A stretch of DNA of 64,000 bases from Thermodesulfobacteriota bacterium (GCA_965116635.1 OZ220710.1:325638-389637), one strand, 5' to 3'. Shown: positions 1-21,486, counted from the first letter of the stretch. The notes: generated by a model not told the origin, from the letters alone. Made by a program: numbers and translations.

Positions 1-459
1 CGCGGCCAGCAGCGCCTGCCGCATGCCGAGCTGGATGGTCTTGATCTCCCTCTCGCACTCGTGCCGCACGTCCGCGGCCTGGAGGGGCAGCTCCCGGAAG
101 TAGTCTTCCCCGAACACGCGGATGTGGTGCTGGGCGATTTCCAGGAACTCGAGCGGGAAGGTATCCAGGGACGCTTCGATGTACTCGGGTGTCATGATGA
201 GCGGCGCGGCGATGCGCGCTTTCCCCAGCCGTGGACCCTGCCGCGCCAACCGGTGCAGCATATCCAGGTCCACGTCGCCCACCACGAAGACGCTCCGGGC
301 CGTGTGGGACCGGGGATTGAAGGTGCCGGCGGCGACGGCGCCGAACAGCGTCAGCGACCGGGCGCTGTCCCCGGCCAGCTCCTTCAAGGTCTCGGCGTAG
401 CGCCGGAGCGGCGCGCGCATGGATTCCGCTGCGCCTTCCAGGTTGTATTCTTCCGGCAT
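1..459 (-). CDS. hypothetical protein, N-terminal part only (gene runs off the window start); possibly nucleotidyltransferase-fold
   Basis: Reverse-strand frame from ATG at comp(457..459) reads MPEEYNLEGAAESMRAPLRRYAETLKELAGDSARSLTLFGAVAAGTF... with no stop before position 1. Composition is coding-like. Absent from the ORF track because it is open-ended. Confidence 0.5.
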   Translation of the reverse strand, partial: MPEEYNLEGAAESMRAPLRRYAETLKELAGDSARSLTLFGAVAAGTFNPRSHTARSVFVVGDVDLDMLHRLARQGPRLGKARIAAPLIMTPEYIEASLDTFPLEFLEIAQHHIRVFGEDYFRELPLQAADVRHECEREIKTIQLGMRQALLAA

Positions 460-542
460 GTCTTCTCGCCTCCGTTGACCGAATTGCGTGTCGCTTCACT
501 TTACCGGTAAACCGCCGGTTCCGACAGCCGGGCCGGCGTCGG

Positions 543-2334
543 TTGAATACGCGGCGCCCGATGGGATATCCTGGACGACGGTCAGGAGGGTTGAGATTGA
601 CAACCACCGGCATCCGCTACCAACCCGACGAAACGCCCCCGCTGGCCGCCTCCCTGGGCCTCGGCCTGCAACTCGCGGTGCTGAGCGCCACCGTCACCAT
701 CCTGATCCCCACGGTGGTCATGCGTGCCGCCGGCGCTTCGGAAGCCTACCTGTCATGGGCCGTTTTCGCGGCCACCGTCATCTGCGGGGCGGCCACGGTC
801 CTGCAAACGGTCCGGCTCGGCCGCATCGGCATGGGCCAGGCGCTCATGATGGGCAGTTCCGGAGCCTTCATCGCGGTCTGCATCACCGCGGTGGCCGAAG
901 GCGGTCCGGGGCTGCTCGCGACTCTGGTGCTGGCGGCCGCGCTCTTCCAGCTCGTGCTGTCCGCGCGGCTTTCGCTCTTCCGGCGCATTCTGACGCCCAC
1001 GGTCTCGGGGACGGTGATCATGCTGATCCCGGTGGCGGTGATGCCGTACATCTTCGGCATGCTTGGGGATGTGCCGGACGGAAGCCCGGCGGCCGCCGCT
1101 CCCCTGAGCGCCCTTGTCACGGTGCTGGTGATCGGCGGCCTGGCGCTGAAGGCGACCGGAGCGTTGCGGCTGTGGGCGTCGGTCCTCGGCGTCTTGGCCG
1201 GTGCCGTGGTGGCGGCGCCTTTCGGCATCTATGACCTGGGGCCGGTGGCGGCGGCGTCGTGGATCGGGTTGCCCGCGGGCCGGTGGCCGGGCTTGGCCCT
1301 GGACTTCGGTCCGGCGTTCTGGGCGCTTCTTCCCGGGTTCCTGCTGGTGGCCCTGATCGGCTCCATCCGGACCATCAGCAGCTCCATGGCCGCCCAGCGC
1401 ACGTCGTGGCGCCGGCCCCGGGCGGTGGATTTCAGGGCGGTGCAGGGCGCCGCGGCCGTGGACGGGCTCGGCAACCTGATCTCCGGTCTCGCCGGGACGG
1501 TGCCCAACACGGCCTACACCACCGCCGTATCGGTGGCCGAGCTCACCGGCGTCGCCGCCCGTGGCCTCGGGGTGGCCGCCGGGGCGATCCTCATGGCTCT
1601 GGCCTTCCTGCCGAAGGCTCTCGCCCTGGTGGTGGCGATACCGGCTCCGGTGATCGCGGCCTACATGACCGTTATCGTGGCGATGCTCTTCGTCATCGGA
1701 ATGAAGATGGTGTTCCAGGACGGGATCGACTACCGCAAGGGCCTGGTGGTGGGCGTCGCCTTCTGGATCGGGGTCGGTTTCCAGAACGGCGCGGTATTCC
1801 CGGAGTACGTCGCCGACTTCGCCGGCGGTCTGCTCCGGAACGGGATGACTGCGGGCGGTCTCACGGCCATTCTCCTGACCGCGTTCCTGGAGTTGGGCGA
1901 GCCCCGCCGGAGCCGGTTCGAGGGCGAACTCGGGGTTGCGGTGCTACCCGGGATCAACAATTTTTTTGAAGATTTCACGTTCAGAAATGGTTGGGGTAAG
2001 ACAATGGCGGACCGGCTCACCGCCGCCGCCGAGGAGGCGTTGTTGACACTCATGCGGCAGGGTGAGCTCGGCGGCGAGGACCGCGAGCGGCGACTGGGGC
2101 TCACGGCGTACAGAAAGGGCCGTGGGGCGGTCCTCGAGTTCGTGATGGCGCCTGGAGGGGAAAATCTTCAGGACAGGATGATGCTGCTCGCCGAGGACGC
2201 GAGCGACGGGCCCGACGAGTCGGAAATGTCGCTTCGGCTGTTAAAGCACGTCGCGGCATGGGTGCGGCATCAGCAGTATCATGACACGGATATCCTGACC
2301 GTGCGGGTGGAAGCCCGCCAGTTGGAGAACGAGA

Positions 2335-2351
<17 letters not shown>
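543..2351 (+). CDS. nucleobase:cation symporter-2 (xanthine/uracil permease) family transporter with a soluble C-terminal extension of about 150 aa
   Basis: 602-aa ORF with many hydrophobic segments and NCS2-like stretches (GSSGAFIAV, NTAYTTAVSVAELTGVA). The hydrophilic tail starts near FEDFTFRNGWGKT. The true start may be ATG 561. The 3' end overlaps the PKS start by 17 nt. Confidence 0.75.
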
Positions 2352-12609
<10,258 letters not shown>

Positions 12610-12748
12610 CGCGAGGGTCTACCCGTTTGAAATACTCTTGCCATACCCTGTATGTTGCCGTGGAAAGTATTCTCTTTGGAGGAGCACATGTTCCCAAACC
12701 TGGGCCTGTGTAGTGCACACAGGTCGCTTGCTTAAGGAGGAAATACGT

Positions 12749-12973
12749 ATGGCTTCAAGTGAAGATCGTGTCAAGCAAATGTTCGAGGAAAACCTGGGCC
12801 GGCCGGCGAGTCCTGACGTCAGCGCGGCGGATTCTGGCGTGTCATCCCTGGATGCGGTCGCGTTCATCAAGGCGGTCGGCGAGGCGTTCAACGTTTCGAT
12901 CCCCCCCGAAGACGCGGCGAAGTTCGCTACTTTGCGTGATCTGATCAATTACGTGGATTCTCACGCTGGGTAA
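12749..12973 (+). CDS. discrete acyl carrier protein (74 aa)
   Basis: AAGGAGG RBS 7-8 nt upstream of the ATG. Small acidic protein with an ACP-like GVSSLDAVAFIKAV helix-II motif (Ser in the DSL position). Immediately follows a PKS module that lacks its own ACP. Confidence 0.8.
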   Translation: MASSEDRVKQMFEENLGRPASPDVSAADSGVSSLDAVAFIKAVGEAFNVSIPPEDAAKFATLRDLINYVDSHAG

Positions 12974-12989
12974 GGCCTTCCGAGAGGCC

Positions 12990-13886
12990 GTGTGGGAGGT
13001 ACCCGAGCCGCTTTCCACCCGTGACGTCCGCGTGGACGATGACACGGTCATCGTCCTGCGGCGTCACGGCAATCCGGCGGGCCCGCGACTGGTCCTGAGC
13101 CACGGCAACGGGGTCGCCATCGACCTCTACTACCCTTTCTGGTCGCTGCTGGCCGATGACTTCGACCTGGTCGTCTATGACCTCCGGAACCACGGCTGGA
13201 ATGCTGTCGGCAAGTCGCAGAGTCACAACGTTGCGAGATTCGTCAGTGACCACGACCGGATTCTCCGGGCCATCGACCACCACTACGGAAACAAGCCCAA
13301 GATCGGGGTCTTCCATTCCGTCGCCGCCTTGGCCACGCTCTTGTCGGCCAACCTGGGCAGCGAGTTCGCGGCTCGCGTTCTGTTCGATCCGCCCGTGTGC
13401 AAGCGCGGGCTGAACTACGAGGAATTCGATGCCGCCGCCGACCGCGTGGCGGGCATGACCCGCCACCGCACACCCCGGTTTGAGAGCGAGCAACAGTTTG
13501 CCGAGATCCTGCCCTATCTGCCGGTATATCAACGGGCCGTTCCCGGCGTGTTCGATCTCGTCGCGCGGACGACCCTCCGCGAGTCCGCCGACGGGAACGG
13601 CTACGAGCTCCGGTGTCCGCGTGACTACGAAGCGCAGATCATCCAATACGCCGCGCCGTTTGCGATGATGGTGGAACTCGACAAGGTCCGTTGTCCGACC
13701 AAGGTCATCGGCGCGGATCCCACTCTGCCGTTTTCCTACCTGCCGACGCTGGACCTGAGTCATATCCTGACCGTGGACTACGATTTCGTGCCCGAAACGA
13801 CGCATTTTCTGCAGCTCGAAGAACCGGAGAGTTGCGTCGAGATCATGCGTGACTTCCTGGACCGGCATGGCCTCTTGAGTTCCTGA
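12990..13886 (+). CDS. alpha/beta-fold hydrolase (candidate thioesterase / chain-release enzyme)
   Basis: 298 aa with GTG start. HGNG oxyanion-hole motif (LVLSHGNGV), nucleophile elbow GVFHSVAA, C-terminal [12 protein letters not shown] (catalytic His region). Confidence 0.8.
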   Translation: MWEVPEPLSTRDVRVDDDTVIVLRRHGNPAGPRLVLSHGNGVAIDLYYPFWSLLADDFDLVVYDLRNHGWNAVGKSQSHNVARFVSDHDRILRAIDHHYGNKPKIGVFHSVAALATLLSANLGSEFAARVLFDPPVCKRGLNYEEFDAAADRVAGMTRHRTPRFESEQQFAEILPYLPVYQRAVPGVFDLVARTTLRESADGNGYELRCPRDYEAQIIQYAAPFAMMVELDKVRCPTKVIGADPTLPFSYLPTLDLSHILTVDYDFVPETTHFLQLEEPESCVEIMRDFLDRHGLLSS

Positions 13887-13908
13887 CGATTGGCCTGCAT
13901 ATTTCACG

Positions 13909-14507
<599 letters not shown>

Positions 14508-14511
<4 letters not shown>

Positions 14512-15617
14512 CCGAACCGCGCGGGCGAGAAGTTCGGGTCCGCGCCGGCTCCGAAGAGGAGCCGGGCGGCCAGGGAGCCTACGGCGGCGCTGGTGGTGAC
14601 GCCGTGGCCGCCGAGCCCGGCGACCCAGAAGAACCCCTCGATGCCGGGGTCCCAGCCGATGACGAACCGGTTGTCGTCGGTGAAGGTGCGAAGCCCGGCC
14701 CAGTAGCGCCCGATGGGAACGTCGGGGAAGTCGGGGTAGGCCGCCGCCAGCCGCTCGGCCAGAAGCTCCAGCGCTTCGGCCCGCGTCGGCGGGTCGCAGG
14801 GCGGCATGTCGTCCTCGTCGCACGGGCACAGCATCAGCCCGCCGGAGCTCGGCTGGAAGTAGACCTCGTCGGAGACGTTGAGGACGAAGGGCCAGTCGGG
14901 CTTGACCCAGTCCAGGGGCGGGGTCACGAACAGGTGCCGGCGGCGTGGATGAAAGGCGATGGGCGCGGCTCCGGCCATGGCGCCCACCGGCCCGGCCCAG
15001 GGTCCGGCGGCGTTGACGACCACGTCGGCCTCGAAGAAGCCCTGGCTCGTGGCGATGCCCTGGACACGCCCGTTGCGTACCCGCACTTCCTCCACCGCCG
15101 CGCCGTAACGAATGGTCGTGCCGCCGCTCTGGGCCATCTTGAGATAGCCCGCCAGGAGCGCGTTGATGTCGATGACGCCGTCTGACGCGCACCATACGGC
15201 ACCGTCGAGGACGGCGCCCTCGATGAGCGGCATGGCCGCCAGGGTCTTTTCCGGCGACCAGCACTCCACCTCGAGGCCCCGCCGGCGGGCCAACTCCGCG
15301 TCTGTTTGCAGGGCGTCCCACTGGTCGCCGCGTCCCAGTATCATGCAGCCGATGGCGTCGTAGGAGACCGGTATCGGCCACCCGGGCGGCGGGTTGCGGA
15401 TGAACTCGGCTGATTGCGCGGCCAGATCCGCCACCGAGGGCTCGGCCAGGACCTGCCGTATGAACCCGGCGTTCCGGCCCGAGGAATGGAACCCGGCCAC
15501 CGCCTCCTGCTCCACGATGACGATTTGGCGGGCGCCCTGGAGGGCCAGATGACAGGCGGTGGCGGCGCCGGCGAACCCGGCGCCGATGATGACGTATCGC
15601 GCCTCCTCGGGTCCCAT
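14508..15617 (-). CDS. FAD-dependent oxidoreductase (DAO family, sarcosine/glycine-oxidase-like)
   Basis: Start taken at [21 protein letters not shown] (GxGxxG dinucleotide fold); 369 aa. Its stop shares the palindrome CTAG with the convergent clpP stop. Confidence 0.85.
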
Positions 15618-15619
15618 GG

Positions 15620-16654
15620 TCACTTTCCGGGCGCCAGCAGCACCTCGCGGATCCGTTTGACTGCCTCGTGGATATCCGAGTCCGAGATCTGGAGGTGGGT
15701 GACCGCCCGGATCCAGCCGCTGCCCACGTGGTTCATGAGCACGCCCTTGGACCGCAGCCGCTCGATCACTTCCTGTCCGTCGGCCACGCGCCAATAGACC
15801 ATGTTGGTGGGCGGGTCGGGAAGGTCGACCTCAAGCGGCCGGCCGGCCTGGACGAATTCCTCCAGGCCCTGGGCCAGCGCCACGGCGCGCCGGTGGTCCT
15901 CCCGCAGGCGCCCGCGATGTTGCCGCACGCCATGGAGGGCCGCGGCCGCCAGAAAACCTGCCTGGCGCATGCCGCCGCCCAGCCGTTTGCGGATCTTTCG
16001 CGCCCGCGCAACGTTCTCGCGGCTGCCGGCCAGGGCGGAGCCCACCGGCGCCCCCAGCCCCTTGGAGAAACAGACGGCGACCGTGTCGAAGCCCGCGGCG
16101 AGTTCCCGTTCGGAGTCGCCGGTGGCGGCGGCGGCATTCCACAGCCTGGCGCCGTCGCAGTGGGTCCTGAGCCCCAGGTCCTGCGCGGTGGCGACGATCC
16201 GTTCCGTCTCCTGGCGCGCCAGGGCGCGGCCGCGTCCGCGGTTGTGGGTGTTCTCCACCAGGATGAGGGTGGACGGCGATTCGTGCAGGCCGTCGCCCCG
16301 AAACCTGCCCCGGATGGCTTCATCGGACAACTTCGCACTGAACGGAATGAGGTCGAACTGCACCCCCGACAGCGCCGCCCCGGCGCCGGCTTCGTAGGCG
16401 AAGGTGTGGGAGCCCTCCTCGCACAGCACCGAGTCGCCGGGTTTGGTATGGAGCCGGATGGCGATCTGGTTCGCCATGGAGCCGGACGGGGTGAACAGCG
16501 CGGCCTCCTTGCCCAGGAGTCCCGCCACCTCTTCCTCCAGCCGGTTGATGCTGGGATCCTCGCCGTAGACGTCATCGCCCACTTCGGCCGCCGTCATCGC
16601 CCGGAGCATTTCCTGCGTCGGGGTCGTCACGGTGTCGGAACGTAGATCGATCAT
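15620..16654 (-). CDS. ltaE: low-specificity L-threonine aldolase (PLP-dependent)
   Basis: [13 protein letters not shown]..., [25 protein letters not shown] (PLP lysine); 344 aa. Confidence 0.88.
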   Translation of the reverse strand: MIDLRSDTVTTPTQEMLRAMTAAEVGDDVYGEDPSINRLEEEVAGLLGKEAALFTPSGSMANQIAIRLHTKPGDSVLCEEGSHTFAYEAGAGAALSGVQFDLIPFSAKLSDEAIRGRFRGDGLHESPSTLILVENTHNRGRGRALARQETERIVATAQDLGLRTHCDGARLWNAAAATGDSERELAAGFDTVAVCFSKGLGAPVGSALAGSRENVARARKIRKRLGGGMRQAGFLAAAALHGVRQHRGRLREDHRRAVALAQGLEEFVQAGRPLEVDLPDPPTNMVYWRVADGQEVIERLRSKGVLMNHVGSGWIRAVTHLQISDSDIHEAVKRIREVLLAPGK

Positions 16655-16665
16655 GTTGGTTGTTT

Positions 16666-17745
16666 CTACGGGTTGGGCGGCAGCTTGAAGCCGCGCACCA
16701 CCTGTCCCGACCCTCCGACGGCGGGAAGCTCCTCCCCGTCCAGCGTGAGGCGCACCCCGCCGGCGTTGCCGAAGGTGATGACGAAACCGGATTGCGCGGA
16801 CAGTGTCCGGCTTGTGCCGGCGGCCAGGAGCATGTCCTGTGGGCGTGCGTCGTCGACCCAGACCCGCAGCCAGGCCTCTGCGTCGGCGGTGATGGTCAGG
16901 CTGTGTTTCGCCGGAGTACCGGCAACGGCGGTTTCCGGCGGGGCCGTTGCGGCGGCCACCGCGGCGGTTCCAGACGGATTCGCTCCGTCGGCTTCATCCC
17001 CGCCGCGGGTGGCAGTCCCCGTGACGGGTTCCTCGGTCGGTGACGCGGGGGTCTCCTGGGCGGTTGGCGCCGCGGTTGATCCGTCCGCCGTCTCCGTGGC
17101 GGGAACCCGGGGTGATTCTTCCACGGTCGTCACGGGTGCGGGTGCCGCCTCGGGCCGCGGGGCGGGCGGGATGGCCACCAGCCTCGGTTTCGAGGGATCC
17201 GTTTCGTTGGCTTCGGGTTGCAGGACGGAGTTCCCCCCTTCGTCCGCCCTTGGCGCCGCCGCGGGAATCGGCGATGGTTCTGGTGCAGGTGATTCCGACG
17301 GCGTCGAGGGAGGAGTGGACTTCACGACGACTCGCGTTAGCGGTGCACCGACGATGCCGACGAGAGCGGGGTCATAGACATAGACGCCGCCCGCCATCAG
17401 CAGCAGAACGGCCAGCGTGGCCACGGCGATGGATTTCCAGGAGCGGCGCTTGGGGACGGGGACAATGTTCTGGGGCTCCGGTCGCCGGTTCTCGCGAACG
17501 AACTGGGCCGCCAGCGTTTCTTCCTCGACCTCCAGGAAGGCCGCGTAGCTGCGGAGAAAGTGCACCATGTAGAGACGGTCCGAAACCAGGCGGTCGTCTC
17601 CCCCTCCCTCCAGGATCTCGAGGTAGTAGGCGGGAATGCGCGTCGCTTCCTCCACCTGCCGCAGGGTGAGCCCCTTTTGCTGCCGCGCTTCTCGAATATA
17701 GTCGGCGGTCCCGCCCACCGATCTTGGAGTAACCTCATCCTGCAT
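16666..17745 (-). CDS. RodZ-like protein (N-terminal HTH, one TM segment, Pro/Ala/Thr-rich linker, C-terminal DUF4115-like domain)
   Basis: N-terminus [32 protein letters not shown] segment [20 protein letters not shown]-terminus [17 protein letters not shown]...[18 protein letters not shown]. Confidence 0.7.
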   Translation of the reverse strand: MQDEVTPRSVGGTADYIREARQQKGLTLRQVEEATRIPAYYLEILEGGGDDRLVSDRLYMVHFLRSYAAFLEVEEETLAAQFVRENRRPEPQNIVPVPKRRSWKSIAVATLAVLLLMAGGVYVYDPALVGIVGAPLTRVVVKSTPPSTPSESPAPEPSPIPAAAPRADEGGNSVLQPEANETDPSKPRLVAIPPAPRPEAAPAPVTTVEESPRVPATETADGSTAAPTAQETPASPTEEPVTGTATRGGDEADGANPSGTAAVAAATAPPETAVAGTPAKHSLTITADAEAWLRVWVDDARPQDMLLAAGTSRTLSAQSGFVITFGNAGGVRLTLDGEELPAVGGSGQVVRGFKLPPNP

Positions 17746-17811
17746 CCTGCAGCCCCATGCGTCTCAAGCGACCTTCCTTCCAAGGATATAACGGATTCCG
17801 GGTACGGATCG

Positions 17812-18798
17812 CTAGTTTACGTTATCGAATACGGGCCCGTCGGGATAGAAGGCGACGAAGCGGTCGTTGAGGATCGGATTGTACAGGAGTTGCCGCAGCT
17901 TCCGCCCCTGGAGGGGACCCTCCACGGCTTCCCCGCGCAGCCACGACCACAGGCTTCCCGTCTCCTTGTCGCGCAACAGCACGTTGCCTTGCGCATCCTT
18001 CCGGTCCGATTGCGCGAACGTCAGCACGCGGTCGTCGAGCTCCCGGCGCCAGGCCGTCGCCGTGGTATCGCCGGGCGAGTAGTACACCACGACCTTCGCC
18101 CCGTTGAACTCGTCGTTCACAACGTTCTGTCGCTCGAGCACGTTGTAGGGATAGAGCTTGCCCTTGAGTTTGACCACCACGGCGAGCCCAAGGATGTCAC
18201 TCTGGAAGGGGCCGACGTAGGTCCCCATGAACCCGCCGCGCCGGTACCCCGGCAGCACCTGGGTAAAGGGATAGTTCTTCTTCCAGTTGGCCCAGCTCGT
18301 GACCGTGGACGGCATGAACTCCAGCCGCTTCCCCTTGAGCGGCCCGTGCGCCGCCTCCCCGGTTACGTGGACCCAAAGCGATTCCGTCTGCCGGTCGTAC
18401 ATGATGAACGATTGCTCGTAGAGAATACCCGCGTGCCCGAAGCTCAGGATCTGGTCGTCGAGTTTGCGTCTATACACGATAGACGTCTGGCACAGCGGTC
18501 ACCAGGAGACGGCGATGGGCACCCCTCCGATGGTGTCGTTGCCGAGCTCGTGGACCCCCATGATGGTAATGGGGTAGGCCTTGGCCTCGCCGTTGTGGGC
18601 CACGCCGATGATCACGTCCCGGTCGAAGATGACGTCCTGCTTCTCCGCCTCCGCGGCGCTCAGCATCTTGGGGTCGTCGAAGACCGGGAACGCGTCCCGC
18701 GGCACCGCCTGGAAGCCGAGCGGCTGAGCCGCGGCGGTAGCCGCCAGCGCTGTGAGCAACGCGGCCGTCATCCACGCCGTCGCTGATTTTCGGAGCAT
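17812..18798 (-). CDS. DUF3179-family protein, candidate selenoprotein (in-frame TGA at 18499-18501 read as Sec)
   Basis: Track ORFs 18499..18798 and 17812..18477 are in the same frame, separated only by one TGA. Joined, they read ...GGVPIAVSW-TGA-PLCQTSIVYRRKLDDQILSFGHAGILYEQSFIMYDRQTESLW..., matching the DUF3179 core (AVTYCPLCGSGIVF...LLYxSNLLMYDRETESLW). The TGA sits exactly on the first Cys of CPLC. An N-terminal signal peptide is present. Confidence 0.75.
18467..18485 (-). promoter_or_regulatory. SECIS-like hairpin downstream of the DUF3179 in-frame UGA
   Basis: mRNA reads UGA-N13-CGUCUAU-CGUGU-AUAGACG: a perfect 7-bp stem with a 5-nt G/U-containing loop starting about 21 nt after the UGA. 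Confidence 0.5.
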
Positions 18799-18845
18799 GT
18801 TTTCACCTCGTTTCCTTTGCGTCGTTTTCCGGCCACGGCCAATGG

Positions 18846-18883
18846 TTCTGTATCTATTATGAACTTCTGTATCTATTATGAAC
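18846..18883. repeat. perfect tandem duplication of an AT-rich 19-mer (TTCTGTATCTATTATGAAC x2)
   Basis: Exact 2 x 19 bp in the intergenic region 48-85 nt upstream of the DUF3179 start codon (minus strand). AT-rich in a GC-rich context. Confidence 0.9.
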
Positions 18884-18909
18884 CATCACCACGTCAGGGG
18901 CCAGCAGGT

Positions 18910-19641
18910 TTACTTCCGGTGGAATCCGAGGACCTCTCCGGTGATGTAGTCGCTGTCGCTGGACGCGAAGAAGACGAACGCGGGGGCCACGGTCTCGGCA
19001 GGAGCCGGGTTGGGCCGGACGTCGGGAATCCCCTCGATCCCGCGGAACTCGGCGATGGCGTCGGTCATGCGCGTGTCGGCTATCGGCGAGATGCAGTTGA
19101 CCTGGATGTTGTGGGGCTTCATTTCGTTGGCGACGTTGAAGGTCAGGGTTATAATGCCGCCCTTGGCGGCGGCGTAGTCGGACACGCCGTTGGACGGCCG
19201 CAGCGCCGCCGGGCCGGTGAGGTTGATGATCTTGCCCGAACGTTGCCGCTTCATGACGGGCAGCACGGCCTGCATGCCGTTGAAGGTGCCCTTGAGGTGG
19301 ACCCTCATGGTCTCGTCCCATTGCTCTTCGGTGATGTCCTCGAACCGCTTGAGGGTGAGGACGCCGGCGTTGTTGACGAGTATGTCGATGCGGCCCCAGC
19401 GTTCCTCCACCTCCCGCACCAGCGTGTCTACTTCCGTCCGCCGGCCGACGTCCACCAGCCGCGCGATGCTTTCGGCGCCCAGGGCCGAGAGCTCGTCCTG
19501 GACCGAGTCGAGGGCGGCCTGGTCCCGCACCCCGGCGACGGCCAGGATGGCGCCCTCCCGGGCGAAGGCCAGCGCCACCGCCCGGCCGATGCCGCGACTG
19601 GCGCCGGTGATGATGGCCACCCTTCCTTCAAGCCTGCCCAT
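18910..19641 (-). CDS. SDR-family oxidoreductase (3-oxoacyl-ACP-reductase-like)
   Basis: VAIITGASRGIGRAVA (TGxxxGxG), NNAG, SDYAAAKGG (YxxxK). Start taken at MGRLEG. Confidence 0.9.
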   Translation of the reverse strand: MGRLEGRVAIITGASRGIGRAVALAFAREGAILAVAGVRDQAALDSVQDELSALGAESIARLVDVGRRTEVDTLVREVEERWGRIDILVNNAGVLTLKRFEDITEEQWDETMRVHLKGTFNGMQAVLPVMKRQRSGKIINLTGPAALRPSNGVSDYAAAKGGIITLTFNVANEMKPHNIQVNCISPIADTRMTDAIAEFRGIEGIPDVRPNPAPAETVAPAFVFFASSDSDYITGEVLGFHRK

Positions 19642-21007
19642 GCGTGTGCCCACCTCTTGCCGCCAGTTCGTTCACCGTCTGCGCCAGTCTTTGGCACAGC
19701 TCCGGCAGGTCGGCGCTCTCGACGCTGCAGAAAGCGATCCGTAGCCCGTTCATGTTGTCGCCGTCGAACGGCACGGTGCCGATGCCGTGCTCGTCGAGGA
19801 GGTGGTTGGCGACGTCCGTCGCCCGGAGCCTCGACTCGGGCCGCAGGGTGATGAAGCAGAAGAAGCCGCCCTGAAACGGTTCGACGGTAACGAGATCCGT
19901 ATCCATCCTGCCGAGCTCGTCCTTCAGGGTCCGGTACCGCTGCTTCAGGAGTTCGAAAGTCCGGTGCCGTTCCACCACCAGCCGCTCCATCTGCTCCATG
20001 GCCTTGGTGGCCACCGATTGGGCCACCGTCGAGTTGTTGGAGAACAGGCCGCGGTTGACTCCGGCGAACTTGTTGTCGATCTCCGAGGCCAGGGTCCCGG
20101 CGTCGTCGCCGGACCGCCACTCGTCGGGACAGGCCAGCGTGATGGTGCCGGCCCGGGCGCCGTACCAGAGGAGCTCCTTGGTCACGCCGTCCAGTTTCAC
20201 CGGCAGAAGGTTCGGCCTTGGCCGGCACAGGTAGAACAGCGACGACTGCATGGCGTCGGGGTCGTAGACGTAGCTCTCGTAGGCATCGTCGAACAGCAGC
20301 ACCAGCCGCTTCGGAGTGTCCTCCGCGAGTCGATCCAGCGACTCCGCCAGCCGCCGGCCGGCCGCCGCGGACGGACAGAACCCGGTGGGGTTGTTGGGGA
20401 AGTTGAGCAGCACCACGGCGGTGTCCTGTTCGAGCCACACCCGTCGGATGGCCGAGACGATCCCGGCCACGTTGAGGTCGCCGCCGTCGAACAGCGGGAA
20501 GTCGGCGAGGCGAATGCCCAGGTTCTTTCCCAGCACGTGGTCGTAGTTCTCCCAGCGCCGGTCGGCCGTGATGATGGCGCGGCCCGGGTCCACGAACATC
20601 CGCGCGGCGATGCTGATGGCGGCGGTGATGCCCGGGGTGAGGATCGGCGGATGCAGCTGCCGTTCGAGCCGTCCGGATTCGTCGCCCGCCCGCGCCAGGA
20701 TCCACTTCCTCCAGGCCGAGCGGAAGGCGGGTGTGCCCGTCTCCGGCGTGTACGGAAAGATATCCTCGGTATCAAGCCCGTTGAAGAAGGAATGGATCAG
20801 CGGCGCGCAAAGCGTGATCTCGCGCTCGCCACCGTCGGGGTACACCGCGCTTTCCGGTCCCCGGGCCGAGCCGATGGTGGCGTTGATGCGAGCCTTGGCC
20901 TTGGCCTTGCGGGTCCAGTAAAGGATCCCCTGAGGGTTGTGGATCGTTTTCCCGTAGTCGGAGAAAAACGCCATGGCTCCGGTGCGGGTCAGTGCGGGAA
21001 AGTCCAT
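19628..21007 (-). CDS. PLP-dependent aminotransferase, class I/II fold
   Basis: LLNFPNNPTG, LLFDDAYESY, KLDGVTKELLWYGARAG (candidate PLP-Lys). Start at MDFPAL (alternative 20974). Overlaps the SDR start by 14 nt. Confidence 0.8.
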   Translation of the reverse strand: MDFPALTRTGAMAFFSDYGKTIHNPQGILYWTRKAKAKARINATIGSARGPESAVYPDGGEREITLCAPLIHSFFNGLDTEDIFPYTPETGTPAFRSAWRKWILARAGDESGRLERQLHPPILTPGITAAISIAARMFVDPGRAIITADRRWENYDHVLGKNLGIRLADFPLFDGGDLNVAGIVSAIRRVWLEQDTAVVLLNFPNNPTGFCPSAAAGRRLAESLDRLAEDTPKRLVLLFDDAYESYVYDPDAMQSSLFYLCRPRPNLLPVKLDGVTKELLWYGARAGTITLACPDEWRSGDDAGTLASEIDNKFAGVNRGLFSNNSTVAQSVATKAMEQMERLVVERHRTFELLKQRYRTLKDELGRMDTDLVTVEPFQGGFFCFITLRPESRLRATDVANHLLDEHGIGTVPFDGDNMNGLRIAFCSVESADLPELCQRLAQTVNELAARGGHTHGQA

Positions 21008-21420
21008 TGGCTGCCTCGGCTCCAGTCTGTTATCGGTGGCTCTTTTCGGGCGGGTTTGAAACTGATGATTCGCCCAGGAACAATCAACACATGGTCGCCA
21101 CGGTGCCTGCGGGTGGCTTGGTGGCGATTCAAGTGTACCCATACGACCAAACCCGCATGGTCCGGCACCTGTGCCGCCGAATTGGATACAATATAGCACA
21201 TGCGGCAGGCACCGGTCATGTCTGTCCCGGATCCGTCCAACACGCGTGTGGTGCGTCAGAATGTTTGGAGTCGGAAAAGAAAGCGGGATGATGCGGGATT
21301 TGGCGGGTTGAAACGGGATACGCGTTTATTATCACGCACTTAACCGCCGGGCGGGGCGGTGACCAGGGTTATTGGCCGACTCCCCAGAACGACATACTGT
21401 TGGAGTCAAAAAGGGCTTCT

Positions 21421-21444
21421 GATTCCCCATGCGATTCCCCATGC
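21421..21444. repeat. tandem 12-mer GATTCCCCATGC x2
   Basis: Exact direct repeat, immediately 5' of the two DnaA-box-like 9-mers. Confidence 0.85.
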
Positions 21445-21452
21445 CCGAAAAG

Positions 21453-21486
21453 TTATCCACAGCTTCGCGAGACAAAGTTATCCACA
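21453..21486 (+). promoter_or_regulatory. two exact DnaA-box consensus 9-mers (TTATCCACA) in direct orientation, 25 bp apart
   Basis: AAGTTATCCACA at 21450-21461 and 21475-21486, in the non-coding gap between the aminotransferase and the tail module. Confidence 0.35.

Noticed and set aside
12705-12723. Regulatory hairpin (CCTGTGT-AGTGC-ACACAGG) between the PKS and ACP genes as attenuator or terminator
   Set aside because: It is a short 7-bp stem with no U-tract, and the ACP needs co-expression with the PKS. It may be an mRNA processing or stability element, but there is no specific support.
21453-21486. Chromosomal replication origin (oriC)
   Set aside because: There are only two DnaA boxes, no adjacent dnaA/dnaN/gidA-type genes and no obvious AT-rich unwinding element or box cluster. 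It is kept only as a possible regulatory or phage-remnant site.
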